Shown piece after piece: positions 10,131 to 18,275 of a DNA stretch of 64,000 bases. How positions within the stretch are numbered: position 1 is the stretch's first letter; each line of letters starts with the position of its first letter. Under the pieces are notes generated by a model. That model had not been told where the DNA came from and did no database searches. It worked only from the letters and a program-made list of their open reading frames with translations. A program made the position numbers and the translations under genes. The DNA is taken from the IMG/VR virus record IMGVR_UViG_3300045988_067909; one strand, 5' to 3'. The stretch is from a virus.

Positions 10131-10703
10131 ATGAAATTAGAAAACTTAGCATTTAACAAAACTTTAGGATTTGAACCAAAAGTAGAAGATATCAATGTAC
10201 CTAAACAAGGTGGTGGTACACTTAGAATGAAATCCACATCTAGAGAGTTTAGTTTCAATGGATGTCTATATACATGCAAGGTGATAATGGATTCTGATGA
10301 AAATGTTAAATTGATCAGATTGGCATATTCTAAGATTCCTACGGCACCAGTAAGAACACACATTGAGCTTACTGATATAGTAAGTAATGATGATGTCAAG
10401 AAATACTTTGAAACTATCTTACTAAGACTTAAAGTTTCTATAGATCAAATCTATAGAGAAACTAAAGCTGAAGGTGTTTTTGAATACATCAGGGATTTAG
10501 GTGGTATCTTAAAAATAGTAGACGGTAAAGTATATTTTGAATTGGATGGATTCAATATTAAGATTAAGCTAAATAGCAATGAAGAATGGGAAACTTACTT
10601 AAATGATAAGCAAATTTCCACTCATAAGACATTGCGTGATGCTGCTTATGATATAAACGATATTCGCAAAAAGAACTTTGCATTAATCCCTAATATTGTT
10701 TAG
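10131..10703 (+). CDS. hypothetical protein
   Basis: 190 aa ORF with TAGGAGG RBS. Confidence 0.55.
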   Translation: MKLENLAFNKTLGFEPKVEDINVPKQGGGTLRMKSTSREFSFNGCLYTCKVIMDSDENVKLIRLAYSKIPTAPVRTHIELTDIVSNDDVKKYFETILLRLKVSIDQIYRETKAEGVFEYIRDLGGILKIVDGKVYFELDGFNIKIKLNSNEEWETYLNDKQISTHKTLRDAAYDINDIRKKNFALIPNIV

Positions 10704-10713
10704 ATAAACTAAT

Positions 10714-10757
10714 ACAGGATAGTACAATGTACTATCCTGTATACTTTTCTTTTTTCT
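10714..10757 (+). terminator. intrinsic terminator
   Basis: ACAGGATAGTACAATGTACTATCCTGT + ATACTTTTCTTTTTTCT (same architecture as 7194). Confidence 0.7.
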
Positions 10758-10846
10758 ATGTTACTAAGGGTATATTTGTAGTTTCGTAAAACTCAATTAT
10801 TTCAGTTATATACTATAATGGTAATATCATGGTTATATTATTTATT
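10758..10846 (+). promoter_or_regulatory. promoter-like module copy 4 (A+B)
   Basis: CTATGTTACTAAGGGTATA..TTCGTAAAACT..TTCAGTTATATACTATAATGGTAATATCATGGTTATATTATTTATT. Confidence 0.65.
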
Positions 10847-10866
10847 ATACACAGGAGGAATATATC

Positions 10867-11271
10867 ATGACTACAAACACAAACACAGCAACTTTATCTT
10901 TAGTTTCTTGCCCAGAAGAAATGATGGCTAATTACTTTAGCCGTATTTCTGCTGAAAAGGCTGAAGGTATGAAGAAAGAGATTTTTGCTAAGTCTCAATC
11001 TGAACTAGAATCTCTTGTTAAAGCACTTAACGAGAATTTTAGTGCAGATACTTTTAATAGTGCTTTAGGTGATAGTGTGTCTGAAGAGTTATTTAATGAC
11101 TCGGACAACCTAAGACGCCATCTAAAGGACGAAGCTATTTCCACTATTAGTAAAATCCGTTCTTTCGTTAAGAACGGAAATAAGCAAGCACTATCTATCC
11201 TAGATTGGATGGAAGGGCTAGCTGTAGAACAAGCTAGTGATATCGTTAGAATCATTGAAGATAGACGATAA
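10867..11271 (+). CDS. hypothetical protein
   Basis: 134 aa ORF with CAGGAGGAA RBS. Confidence 0.55.
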   Translation: MTTNTNTATLSLVSCPEEMMANYFSRISAEKAEGMKKEIFAKSQSELESLVKALNENFSADTFNSALGDSVSEELFNDSDNLRRHLKDEAISTISKIRSFVKNGNKQALSILDWMEGLAVEQASDIVRIIEDRR

Positions 11272-11277
11272 AAGATA

Positions 11278-11320
11278 AGGGTGGAGACAATGTCTCCACC
11301 CTACTCTTATTTACTTTTTC
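11278..11320 (+). terminator. intrinsic terminator
   Basis: GGGTGGAGACAATGTCTCCACCC hairpin + T-rich tail. Confidence 0.65.
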
Positions 11321-11412
11321 TATGATACTGGTGGTATAGTACGTATATCGTAAAACTCTTTTTTTTAATTGTATACTATAATGGTAATATTCATGGTTAT
11401 ATATTTATTATT
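11321..11412 (+). promoter_or_regulatory. promoter-like module copy 5 (A+B)
   Basis: CTATGATACTGGTGGTATAGTACGTATATCGTAAAACT + T-run + AATTGTATACTATAATGGTAATATTCATGGTTATATATTTATT. Confidence 0.65.
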
Positions 11413-11433
11413 TATACAGAAAGGAATATCATC

Positions 11434-11844
11434 ATGAAACTTATAAAACGTCAATTCGAAGAAAATGCTTATGTATCCACAGTAGCCATCCCAACTACAG
11501 AGGTGGAGCGCAAAATGATCCAAGCATTAAAGTACGATTTGATTTCTGAGGAGCCAGAAATTTGTAACTGGCACCCAGAATGGTTAGGCGAAAGCCTAGC
11601 CATTGAATATGCTAATGCGCTTGGACATAGTTGGGTTGACTTCTATGGTACTGATGAGTACATGGTAGTAGTTGATCCAGAGGGCACGTATGTTATTACT
11701 GCAACCCCTAGTAATTTAGAAACATTGATTGCAGGTTATCGCCTACTTGGTCGCCATCGTAAGGTGGCAATGATCTTGAAAAAGATCAAGAAGCTTGGTA
11801 TTGAAGACATGGTATCAAACATGACACCAGGCCGTCAAGCATAA
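11434..11844 (+). CDS. hypothetical protein, paralog of 7347-7805
   Basis: 136 aa; AIPTTEVER and AGYRLLGRHRKVAMILK shared with 7347 ORF; G/C-richer than surroundings. Confidence 0.6.
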   Translation: MKLIKRQFEENAYVSTVAIPTTEVERKMIQALKYDLISEEPEICNWHPEWLGESLAIEYANALGHSWVDFYGTDEYMVVVDPEGTYVITATPSNLETLIAGYRLLGRHRKVAMILKKIKKLGIEDMVSNMTPGRQA

Positions 11845-11849
11845 AAATA

Positions 11850-11895
11850 TAGGGTAGAGACAATGTCTCTACCCTAATCTTATTTTATTTTTTTA
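11850..11895. terminator. bidirectional intrinsic terminator between convergent genes
   Basis: AGGGTAGAGACAATGTCTCTACCCT palindrome flanked by A-run upstream and T-run downstream; sits between + gene ending 11844 and thyA exon 2 ending 11893. Confidence 0.65.
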
Positions 11896-12204
11896 AACAG
11901 CAACTACCATAGGGAGTTTACCCATATGGAAGTAGTTATCCACAATTACGCTATCTGGAGTAAAGTCATAGAAGTCTTGTACACTACCATTAATAACCAA
12001 TCTAGGCTCTTGTGTTGGTAGATTACCAGACTCATAACGTTTAATTTGTTCTTGTAAAGCTTCTATATGATTCTCATATATATGCATATTATTTACGATA
12101 TGAGTAAACTTACCAGGTTTAAGTTTACATACATGAGCTATCATATGAACTAGCATAGCGTATTGTGTTGTATTGAACGGGATTCCTAATCCCGTATCCC
12201 CCGA
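11893..12204 (-). CDS. thyA: thymidylate synthase, exon 2 (C-terminal 103 aa)
   Basis: Translation SGDTGLGIPFNTTQYAMLVHMIAHVC..GKLPMVVAV matches ThyA C-terminal half (compare T4 td ..[20 protein letters not shown]..); in frame with exon 1 across a 287-nt gap. Confidence 0.85.
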   Translation of the reverse strand, partial: SGDTGLGIPFNTTQYAMLVHMIAHVCKLKPGKFTHIVNNMHIYENHIEALQEQIKRYESGNLPTQEPRLVINGSVQDFYDFTPDSVIVDNYFHMGKLPMVVAV

Positions 12205-12491
12205 CAAAGTGTTCTAGTATGGTCGTTAATCATACTACGTTCTCTTATGAACTGCTATATATTTCTATATAGATCAGACTATATCACGATCCGTCCCTGG
12301 TAGGACCCCAAACGTTTCCACCCACTTAGGTGTACTCTACTCACTTACAGATATACTGTATGCTTTCGATAGTCGTTGAACACAAATCTATTATAGATTC
12401 TTCGTAAATGATTATCGTATAAGTAAATTATACGACGTTCCATTTTTAGTAAGGTTATTCGATGTATATTACTATACAAAGGCGCCCGTTA
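12205..12491 (-). other. group I self-splicing intron in thyA (no intron ORF)
   Basis: ThyA reading frame is broken exactly at the conserved ..LYQR|SxD.. position; upstream exon ends in U (CAG CGT), intron ends in G immediately before TCG GGG; spliced product reads LQR-SGDTG in frame; 287 nt with stops in all frames; candidate internal guide GCGC immediately inside the 5' end of the intron. Confidence 0.7.
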
Positions 12492-12980
12492 ACGCTGGAG
12501 GAGTATGCAGTTTAATTTATCTTCTTGAACATCCCATAGTGTCTCATAAGCACATGGTTGTAGTGCCATATCTGGGAGATCTTCTATGTTCCAGAGGGTA
12601 ACTATCATACGTCTGCTATCTGGATCAGTTTTAATAGTATTGATAAGATTGTCTAGTTGATTGTATTTAGCAATCTGATATCCATAGGCTTTGCCTATAG
12701 TACCATCTTCTCTCATCCATTCATCCCATACATGACAACCCATCTTTTGTAGCTCACGTACATCATTGGATTGCATTTGCCAGATCCATAATAGTTCTTT
12801 AAGAGCAGTCTTAGCTGCTACAAACTTAGATGATAAGATAGGGAATTCTTCTTGTAAATCAAACTGCATGATTTGGTGTGGTAACTTATATGTCGGAATA
12901 CCTGTACGGTTATTACTATATGTACCGTGGTCTAAGATATTCTTTACAATATCAATATACTGCTTATCTGCGGTTCTCAT
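12492..12980 (-). CDS. thyA: thymidylate synthase, exon 1 (N-terminal 163 aa)
   Basis: [100 protein letters not shown] closely parallels ThyA N-terminal half. Confidence 0.85.
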
Positions 12981-13055
12981 TTATATACCTCCTGTGGAAT
13001 TAAAAAAAATATATTTATATTAGGGTGTGAACTCTATATTAAATTACAATGTGGT

Positions 13056-13125
13056 GATATCGTAAAACTTGATTATTTCAGTTATATACTATAATGGTAA
13101 TACAATGGTTATATATTTATTTAGT
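13056..13125 (+). promoter_or_regulatory. promoter-like module copy 6
   Basis: GATATCGTAAAACTTGATTATTTCAGTTATATACTATAATGGTAATACAATGGTTATATATTTATTTAG; the same intergenic region also carries the thyA upstream region on the opposite strand. Confidence 0.65.
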
Positions 13126-13150
13126 TAATTAATCAAGGAGGATATTAACC

Positions 13151-13546
13151 ATGGCACTTTTACACGATTTAGAAAATTTAAGTGTGTTATCTTATAATGA
13201 AATTGTTGAAGGTATTAACAATTTCAAGCATACAATGAAAACATACTTAGATGAAACACAAGACATTGTAGACTTATTACTTTTCTTAAGTGATAGTATT
13301 GGGATGAGTATCCCGGTATTTTCAGATGAAGAAAAAGTAAAAATGTTTACCTTGGGTTTTGCATATTCCACGGCTAATATCGCATTATCTATTTTGGCAA
13401 AAAACAGTGCTATCACATTTGAAGAGCATTGTAATCTTGCTGATTTAGTCTTCGATTATCGCAGTGAGTTTGCAGAACTTGTTGCAACAAAAATTATTGA
13501 AGCATTTGAACGCAAATGTGAAGAGAATAAGAATAATGTAGCATAA
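13151..13546 (+). CDS. hypothetical protein
   Basis: 131 aa ORF with CAAGGAGGA RBS. Confidence 0.55.
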   Translation: MALLHDLENLSVLSYNEIVEGINNFKHTMKTYLDETQDIVDLLLFLSDSIGMSIPVFSDEEKVKMFTLGFAYSTANIALSILAKNSAITFEEHCNLADLVFDYRSEFAELVATKIIEAFERKCEENKNNVA

Positions 13547-13551
13547 GTTTA

Positions 13552-13595
13552 TAGGGGTGGTTTATCCACCCCTAATACTTAATTATTTTTTTTTG
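13552..13595 (+). terminator. intrinsic terminator
   Basis: AGGGGTGGTTTATCCACCCCT hairpin + AATACTTAATTATTTTTTTTT. Confidence 0.7.
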
Positions 13596-13598
13596 TAA

Positions 13599-13653
13599 TC
13601 AGGATTTGAATTATATAATATAATTACGATACAGTGGCTATATTATATTTTAG
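13599..13653 (+). promoter_or_regulatory. promoter-like module copy 7 (variant: ..TTGAATTATATAATATAATTACGATACAGTGGCTATATTATATTTTAG)
   Basis: Shares TATAATATAAT and TGGnTATAT cores with the consensus; precedes RBS AAAGGAG. Confidence 0.5.
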
Positions 13654-13667
13654 AAAGGAGATTTAGA

Positions 13668-13838
13668 ATGAGACGAAAGTATAGTTTTGATAATTTTATG
13701 GATATACTTCCATTAATTATCACAATACTAATAGTAACTGTAGTATGGGTTTACATGGACCTAGATTATGACAGACTATTTCATATGATAGCTTGTGTAA
13801 CTGCTGGGTTTATAGTAAGTATAGTATTAGATAGGTAA
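13668..13838 (+). CDS. small membrane protein (56 aa)
   Basis: ATG with AAAGGAG RBS; hydrophobic core LPLIITILIVTVVWVY; below the 60-aa cut-off of the supplied ORF track. Confidence 0.45.
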   Translation: MRRKYSFDNFMDILPLIITILIVTVVWVYMDLDYDRLFHMIACVTAGFIVSIVLDR

Positions 13839-13867
13839 TTTATTTAAAAGAAGGGATGATTAAAAGA

Positions 13868-13993
13868 ATGGAAACTTTATTTAATGGTATTAGATGGTTT
13901 GTAGATGCAAACTATATGATTATTGGTATGCTAGTTATAGCTACTATGATTGCTTTTGTAGAGACTACGAAAGTTGGTGATGATAATGAGTAA
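13868..13993 (+). CDS. small membrane protein (41 aa)
   Basis: ATG with GAAGGGATG upstream; hydrophobic MIIGMLVIATMIAFV. Confidence 0.35.
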   Translation: METLFNGIRWFVDANYMIIGMLVIATMIAFVETTKVGDDNE

Positions 13994-14552
13994 GATTCAA
14001 TACATTCTTCTTACATTACTATCTGGTGGGTCTGGTACATATATTATGCTACATAGCGATCAAGACCCTTATTGGCTAAGCAGAACCATTATGTGTTTCA
14101 CATTGGTCGTACTATTCTGCTTTGCTTGGTATCACAATAGATACGTTGATAATATTCGTCTTATACGTGTGACTGCTGATATGCTGGTGAACCATAGCAA
14201 CGAAACACCAGAAACGGTTAAAGACAGAATTGAACAAGCGAAAACAGATGAAACATTATCAGACGTTAAACGTGCAGAAGTTATTAATGGTCTTGAACAA
14301 GTTTTGGAGTTGTTCAAACTATTCAATACTATGCCAACTATGGAAGAGATTACTAAAAGAAGTAATAATAATTGGTATATGGTTATAATCTTAACATTAA
14401 TTCTACTTATTAATGTATCATGGTTAAATGATACGTTCGCTATGATTAGTACATTAATATTAATGGTAGCATACATTGTGCTCCAGGTTCGAAGTATTAA
14501 ATTAGTAAGAGGTAAACCTGATGGAAAAGGAAAAACGTCTCTTTGGAAGTAA
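13980..14552 (+). CDS. membrane protein
   Basis: ~190 aa, multiple hydrophobic segments; start uncertain (ATG 13980/13986, TTG 13974). Confidence 0.5.
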   Translation: MIMSKIQYILLTLLSGGSGTYIMLHSDQDPYWLSRTIMCFTLVVLFCFAWYHNRYVDNIRLIRVTADMLVNHSNETPETVKDRIEQAKTDETLSDVKRAEVINGLEQVLELFKLFNTMPTMEEITKRSNNNWYMVIILTLILLINVSWLNDTFAMISTLILMVAYIVLQVRSIKLVRGKPDGKGKTSLWK

Positions 14553-14934
14553 AATCTTCCTAGAAATTTTCTCTTCAGAGCTTATTACATTGATATGCTC
14601 TAATATATTAGTATCTATATTAGTGTATAAAGAAATATATGCATTGGCTTTTATTAATATAGTAATAGGCGGGTATATCATTTCTGTACAAAGTGGAGAT
14701 ATTTCTTCCAACAAGTTCATTATTAACCATTTAGAAGATGGGCTTGTTAAATTTAATGAGCTTACTGGTGGTAAGATTAAAACCAATCTTCTTAATAATA
14801 CTAGTAAGCGTATTGCTATCGAAGAAGCATTAAAGAATGCTGTCAATGGTAGTGGAGAGGTATTTGTAGTTGCTTTATTGGTTACTATAGTGGATATTAT
14901 AGTTTTAGTGTTTAAAGGGTTAGGGGCGTTCTAA
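14521..14934 (+). CDS. membrane protein
   Basis: 137 aa with three hydrophobic stretches. Confidence 0.5.
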   Translation: MEKEKRLFGSKIFLEIFSSELITLICSNILVSILVYKEIYALAFINIVIGGYIISVQSGDISSNKFIINHLEDGLVKFNELTGGKIKTNLLNNTSKRIAIEEALKNAVNGSGEVFVVALLVTIVDIIVLVFKGLGAF

Positions 14935-14935
14935 A

Positions 14936-15097
14936 ATGCTAACCATTTTGATGTATATAATCTTACCAGTGTTAATGGCTTTTACTTTTATGCTAGCGTT
15001 GTATAAAATACTTCATAAGAAATATGAGTATATATTTATTATGGTAATGCTAGCTGGGTTGTTCCACTGGTGGATTACATACCACGGAGGTATTTAA
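14936..15097 (+). CDS. small membrane protein (53 aa)
   Basis: ATG 2 nt after previous stop; MLTILMYIILPVLMAFTFMLALY.. hydrophobic. Confidence 0.4.
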   Translation: MLTILMYIILPVLMAFTFMLALYKILHKKYEYIFIMVMLAGLFHWWITYHGGI

Positions 15098-15164
15098 TGC
15101 TAAGCTGAGTATAGTCATTGACTATACTCAGTTTCTTTATGTTTATTATAGTGAGAGGTGTATA

Positions 15165-15497
15165 ATGAAACTTATAATGTGTCTTATAGCTTTCCATGCT
15201 ATAATGACAGTTGGTGCTGATTGGGCTATAAACTATCAGCAAGACTTATATAGAATTCTATTAGTATATGTCCCAGGCATATTAGGTTCTATAGGGATAA
15301 TACTATATATGAATATTAGGCTTAGATTAGATGAAATAGCTGATCATATAGATAAGAGCAAGAAAGCTAGAATAGACTATGCTATGGTTACTAAGACTTG
15401 TCATAACTATGGAAGAAAGCTTATGGTATTTCTAGTAGCAATATATATTCTATGGGTGATTGAGATGATTGTAGTTAATATTATAGGGATGGTATAA
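15165..15497 (+). CDS. membrane protein
   Basis: 110 aa, hydrophobic N- and C-terminal segments, RBS GAGAGGTG. Confidence 0.5.
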   Translation: MKLIMCLIAFHAIMTVGADWAINYQQDLYRILLVYVPGILGSIGIILYMNIRLRLDEIADHIDKSKKARIDYAMVTKTCHNYGRKLMVFLVAIYILWVIEMIVVNIIGMV

Positions 15498-15498
15498 G

Positions 15499-15858
15499 AT
15501 GGAAAGAATAGCACAAGAGATAATTAAGAGAACTGGATATGTTATTGGTATAGTAGTTATACTACTGCTGATAGTGTTAAATGTAAAAACATTCCCATCA
15601 TTTAGGGAATGGTATGCATTTATATTTATGCCAGGTGCTATATTCTTAATACTGATGACTTATAACTTTATAACTTATAGTATGTCTAAATACTCAATGA
15701 ATGGTAATACTGAACAAGAGATATTACGTAATAGAGCTAAGTCTAAGCAGACTTGTATACGTTTCTCTCGTGGTATTACTGTATATGGTGTTGGTATAGT
15801 CTTATGGTATATGCTAGCCTTCATAGGGTCTATTATAAACAATCTACCACAATTCTAA
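15499..15858 (+). CDS. membrane protein
   Basis: 119 aa, 3 predicted TM segments; start abuts previous stop. Confidence 0.5.
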   Translation: MERIAQEIIKRTGYVIGIVVILLLIVLNVKTFPSFREWYAFIFMPGAIFLILMTYNFITYSMSKYSMNGNTEQEILRNRAKSKQTCIRFSRGITVYGVGIVLWYMLAFIGSIINNLPQF

Positions 15859-15870
15859 GACAAAAGATAT

Positions 15871-15912
15871 CCCCATATAGGCATTGCCTATATGGGGTAT
15901 ATTATTTTTTAT
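15871..15912 (+). terminator. intrinsic terminator (TATAGGCATTGCCTATA family)
   Basis: CCCCATATAGGCATTGCCTATATGGGG + TATATTATTTTTTAT. Confidence 0.7.
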
Positions 15913-15959
15913 AAGTAAACTGTTTTATGATTGCATACTATAATTGTGTATGGTAGATA
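15913..15959 (+). promoter_or_regulatory. promoter-like module, degenerate copy 8
   Basis: AGTAAACTGTTTTATGATTGCATACTATAATTGTGTATGGTAGATA aligns with TCGTAAAACTGTTTTTTTAGTTGTATAATATAATGGTAATA. Confidence 0.4.
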
Positions 15960-16039
15960 CAGCTAGTAACGTTAGCTGTATCTAAATATAACCATACACT
16001 TGTAGACATAAGTCTACGGGTCGAAAGGAGGTGACTCCT

Positions 16040-16228
16040 ATGACTAGAGAACGAGAATCTATTCTCGCTATCTGTGCTCAGATTCCTGAGCTCGAAGCTA
16101 GAAGGCTAGCTTCTGAAAGCATCCCGGTTGGGACTGAATCTGGTGAAAGATTACCAGACAAAGATACTCCAATCGTCCACATGGTACCGCCATGGAGGAT
16201 GCGTCTATACCACAAATATGGGGTATAG
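16040..16228 (+). CDS. small hypothetical protein (62 aa) in a G/C-rich island
   Basis: ATG 8 nt after AAAGGAGG; surrounding ~270 bp markedly more G/C-rich than the rest of the window; followed by terminator. Confidence 0.4.
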   Translation: MTRERESILAICAQIPELEARRLASESIPVGTESGERLPDKDTPIVHMVPPWRMRLYHKYGV

Positions 16229-16241
16229 ATAAGGAGTATAC

Positions 16242-16287
16242 ATGGGTAAGGATATAGAACATTCTTACCCATGTATTATTTTTTATA
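16242..16287 (+). terminator. intrinsic terminator
   Basis: CATGGGTAAGGATATAGAACATTCTTACCCATG + TATTATTTTTTAT. Confidence 0.65.
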
Positions 16288-16310
16288 CTTATTTGTTAGT
16301 GATTTAGTAA

Positions 16311-16372
16311 ATCGTAAAACTTAGTATTTTCAGTTGTATAATATAGTGGTAATAGAATGGTTGTATTATTTA
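16311..16372 (+). promoter_or_regulatory. promoter-like module copy 9
   Basis: ATCGTAAAACTTAGTATTTTCAGTTGTATAATATAGTGGTAATAGAATGGTTGTATTATTTAG. Confidence 0.6.
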
Positions 16373-16399
16373 GTATTAATTGAAAAGGAGATATTAACC

Positions 16400-16687
16400 A
16401 TGATTACTCTATTAAAAAAGTATTATTTAGACCTTACTTTTGTATGCCTAGTTGTATTTGGCTTTGTAGTTGCTACAAAGCTAGTATATTTAACAGGTAT
16501 AGACTGGTGGAATTGGGAGATTCTCCCAGTTTCCGCTAGTCCAGCTCTAAGAGAGACTGCTGAAAACTACATGACAATTGCCCAATTAGAGGTGATTGGT
16601 ATGTATGTTTTCATGGGGTTACTTGCCCCATTCGTTGCGACTATGTATGTAGCATATCGCAACGATCCTGAACTTCATCAAAAGTAA
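16400..16687 (+). CDS. small membrane protein
   Basis: ATG at 16400 preceded by AAAGGAG (the longer 16334 frame lacks an RBS); two hydrophobic segments. Confidence 0.5.
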   Translation: MITLLKKYYLDLTFVCLVVFGFVVATKLVYLTGIDWWNWEILPVSASPALRETAENYMTIAQLEVIGMYVFMGLLAPFVATMYVAYRNDPELHQK

Positions 16688-16693
16688 TAAGTT

Positions 16694-16741
16694 GGGATAC
16701 AGGTATTAAGCCTGTATCCCTTATCTTATTTTATTTTTTTT
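16694..16741. terminator. bidirectional intrinsic terminator
   Basis: GGGATACAGGTATTAAGCCTGTATCCC with T-run on + side; convergent minus gene ends at 16740. Confidence 0.6.
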
Positions 16742-17768
16742 AGAATCCATCATCGAATGATGCGGAACTACCGTTTCTAGCCTGAGAGATTAATGGTGCT
16801 TCTTCTATACGACCATCATTACCAATAACCACTAATGGGAAGTCCATATTAGTATTGGAGTTTCTAGCTGTACCAGTAGCGAAGTTAATACGCATAGCTT
16901 CAAGCAAGAAGTCGTCTGGTAGACTTACATTTTCCACATATTGTTTTGTAGCTAAGTTCATCATCCTAAAGTACTTAGCATCTGTACGTCTATCATATAC
17001 TACAACGACTTTAGTATTAGGGTTAGATTCCATAATCATACGATTTTGCTCTGGAGTGAACTCTTGAGATGGGGATAATTGAGTTCTATCAGATGGAGGA
17101 ATCAAATCAAAGCTTTGTGCACGCTGAGCGATAAAGGATGGGAAGTCCATACCCTGGATAGCTTGTGGTGGAACAAAACCAGTGGATTCCAATTGTTGTC
17201 TTGGAGCATCCAATAAGTTTTTGTATAGACCCATGATAGCTGCATTATCATCACCAGCATCAATCTTAAGATCTTTAACACGAGACAATTCCAATTTAGC
17301 TGCTGTAGTGATATTATCATTGATTGCTTTAATAGCACTTAGCTTAGTACTAGTGATAGTAGAGATTACACTAGCCATATCAGTCATATATTGATATTTA
17401 CCTTTAAGACGAGATGACATACGTAGTTGATTAAACTCAGTTTTAAGTTCATCTTGTAATACACCTAGCTGAGATACAGTCTCTCTAAGCATATCATTAG
17501 TTTCATCATACATCTCAGCAATAGGTACATTAGTAGTTAAGATAGCTGCTTTTTCTTGTCTAACTTCACCATCTTCACCATTCAAAGGTTTAACCTTACG
17601 TGGACGACCACGTCGTTTAGTTGGAACAACTAACTCTTTAGGTGGCTCTTCTAATTTGATACTATTATTATCTCTCATACCACCAAATAACTTTTTCTTA
17701 GGCGGAGTAACTTCAACTTTGAGTTCTTTATTGTCCACATCTGTGGCTGTAGTAAACATACTTTCCAT
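16740..17768 (-). CDS. hypothetical protein with AT-hook-like motif
   Basis: 342 aa; PTKRRGRPRKVKP (GRP core of AT-hook) in N-terminal third; the only minus-strand gene in the 6.5-18.3 kb region. Confidence 0.55.
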   Translation of the reverse strand: MESMFTTATDVDNKELKVEVTPPKKKLFGGMRDNNSIKLEEPPKELVVPTKRRGRPRKVKPLNGEDGEVRQEKAAILTTNVPIAEMYDETNDMLRETVSQLGVLQDELKTEFNQLRMSSRLKGKYQYMTDMASVISTITSTKLSAIKAINDNITTAAKLELSRVKDLKIDAGDDNAAIMGLYKNLLDAPRQQLESTGFVPPQAIQGMDFPSFIAQRAQSFDLIPPSDRTQLSPSQEFTPEQNRMIMESNPNTKVVVVYDRRTDAKYFRMMNLATKQYVENVSLPDDFLLEAMRINFATGTARNSNTNMDFPLVVIGNDGRIEEAPLISQARNGSSASFDDGF

Positions 17769-17852
17769 ATTTTTATTTCCTTTCTTTATAAGGCTTCATA
17801 TTGGTTTTTATATAGACGTTAACTTCGTAATAACTAACAGGAGGAATTATCT

Positions 17853-18275
17853 ATGAAAAGTCAACTAATCTATGATATAAACAAGAAGTTTATTGTAACC
17901 ATTCTAAAGAATATAAAAAACAACCCTAATGATATTGTCTTTGAATTTAAAAACTTCTATCTTTCTATTGATGTAAATAAAGAAAGAGAACAAGCTTCTT
18001 TTGTAATAACTGATAAAGATGGTAAAGAGATTATATCATTCTTTAAGCACTACATGAAGTATACAGCATATAGCAACTGTATGCCAATAGAAGACTTCTT
18101 AAGTGACCATACTACTAATGAAGCATTAAAGGATTTTATATTTGATGGTGGTAAAGCTATCAAATATCTATACGGTGGTGGTCCTGGCTATAGGATTATA
18201 ACCAGAGAGTTATACTTGCTATTAAATGAGCATGCTAAAGCGATAACCAAAGATAATTTCAGTTATATACTATAA
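17853..18275 (+). CDS. hypothetical protein
   Basis: 140 aa, AACAGGAGG RBS; its last codons are formed by a degenerate copy of the promoter module. Confidence 0.55.
   Translation: MKSQLIYDINKKFIVTILKNIKNNPNDIVFEFKNFYLSIDVNKEREQASFVITDKDGKEIISFFKHYMKYTAYSNCMPIEDFLSDHTTNEALKDFIFDGGKAIKYLYGGGPGYRIITRELYLLLNEHAKAITKDNFSYIL

Noticed and set aside
12205-12491. Intron-encoded homing endonuclease
   Set aside because: Stops occur in all frames within the 287-nt insert, so it is an ORF-less intron.
12766-13023. 85-aa plus-strand ORF
   Set aside because: It lies antisense inside thyA exon 1. It is hydrophobic and low-complexity with no RBS.
16334-16399. Extended N-terminus (MYNIVVIEWLYYLVLIEKEIL) of the 16334-16687 ORF
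   Set aside because: That stretch is the promoter module itself. The real start is ATG 16400, preceded by AAAGGAG.
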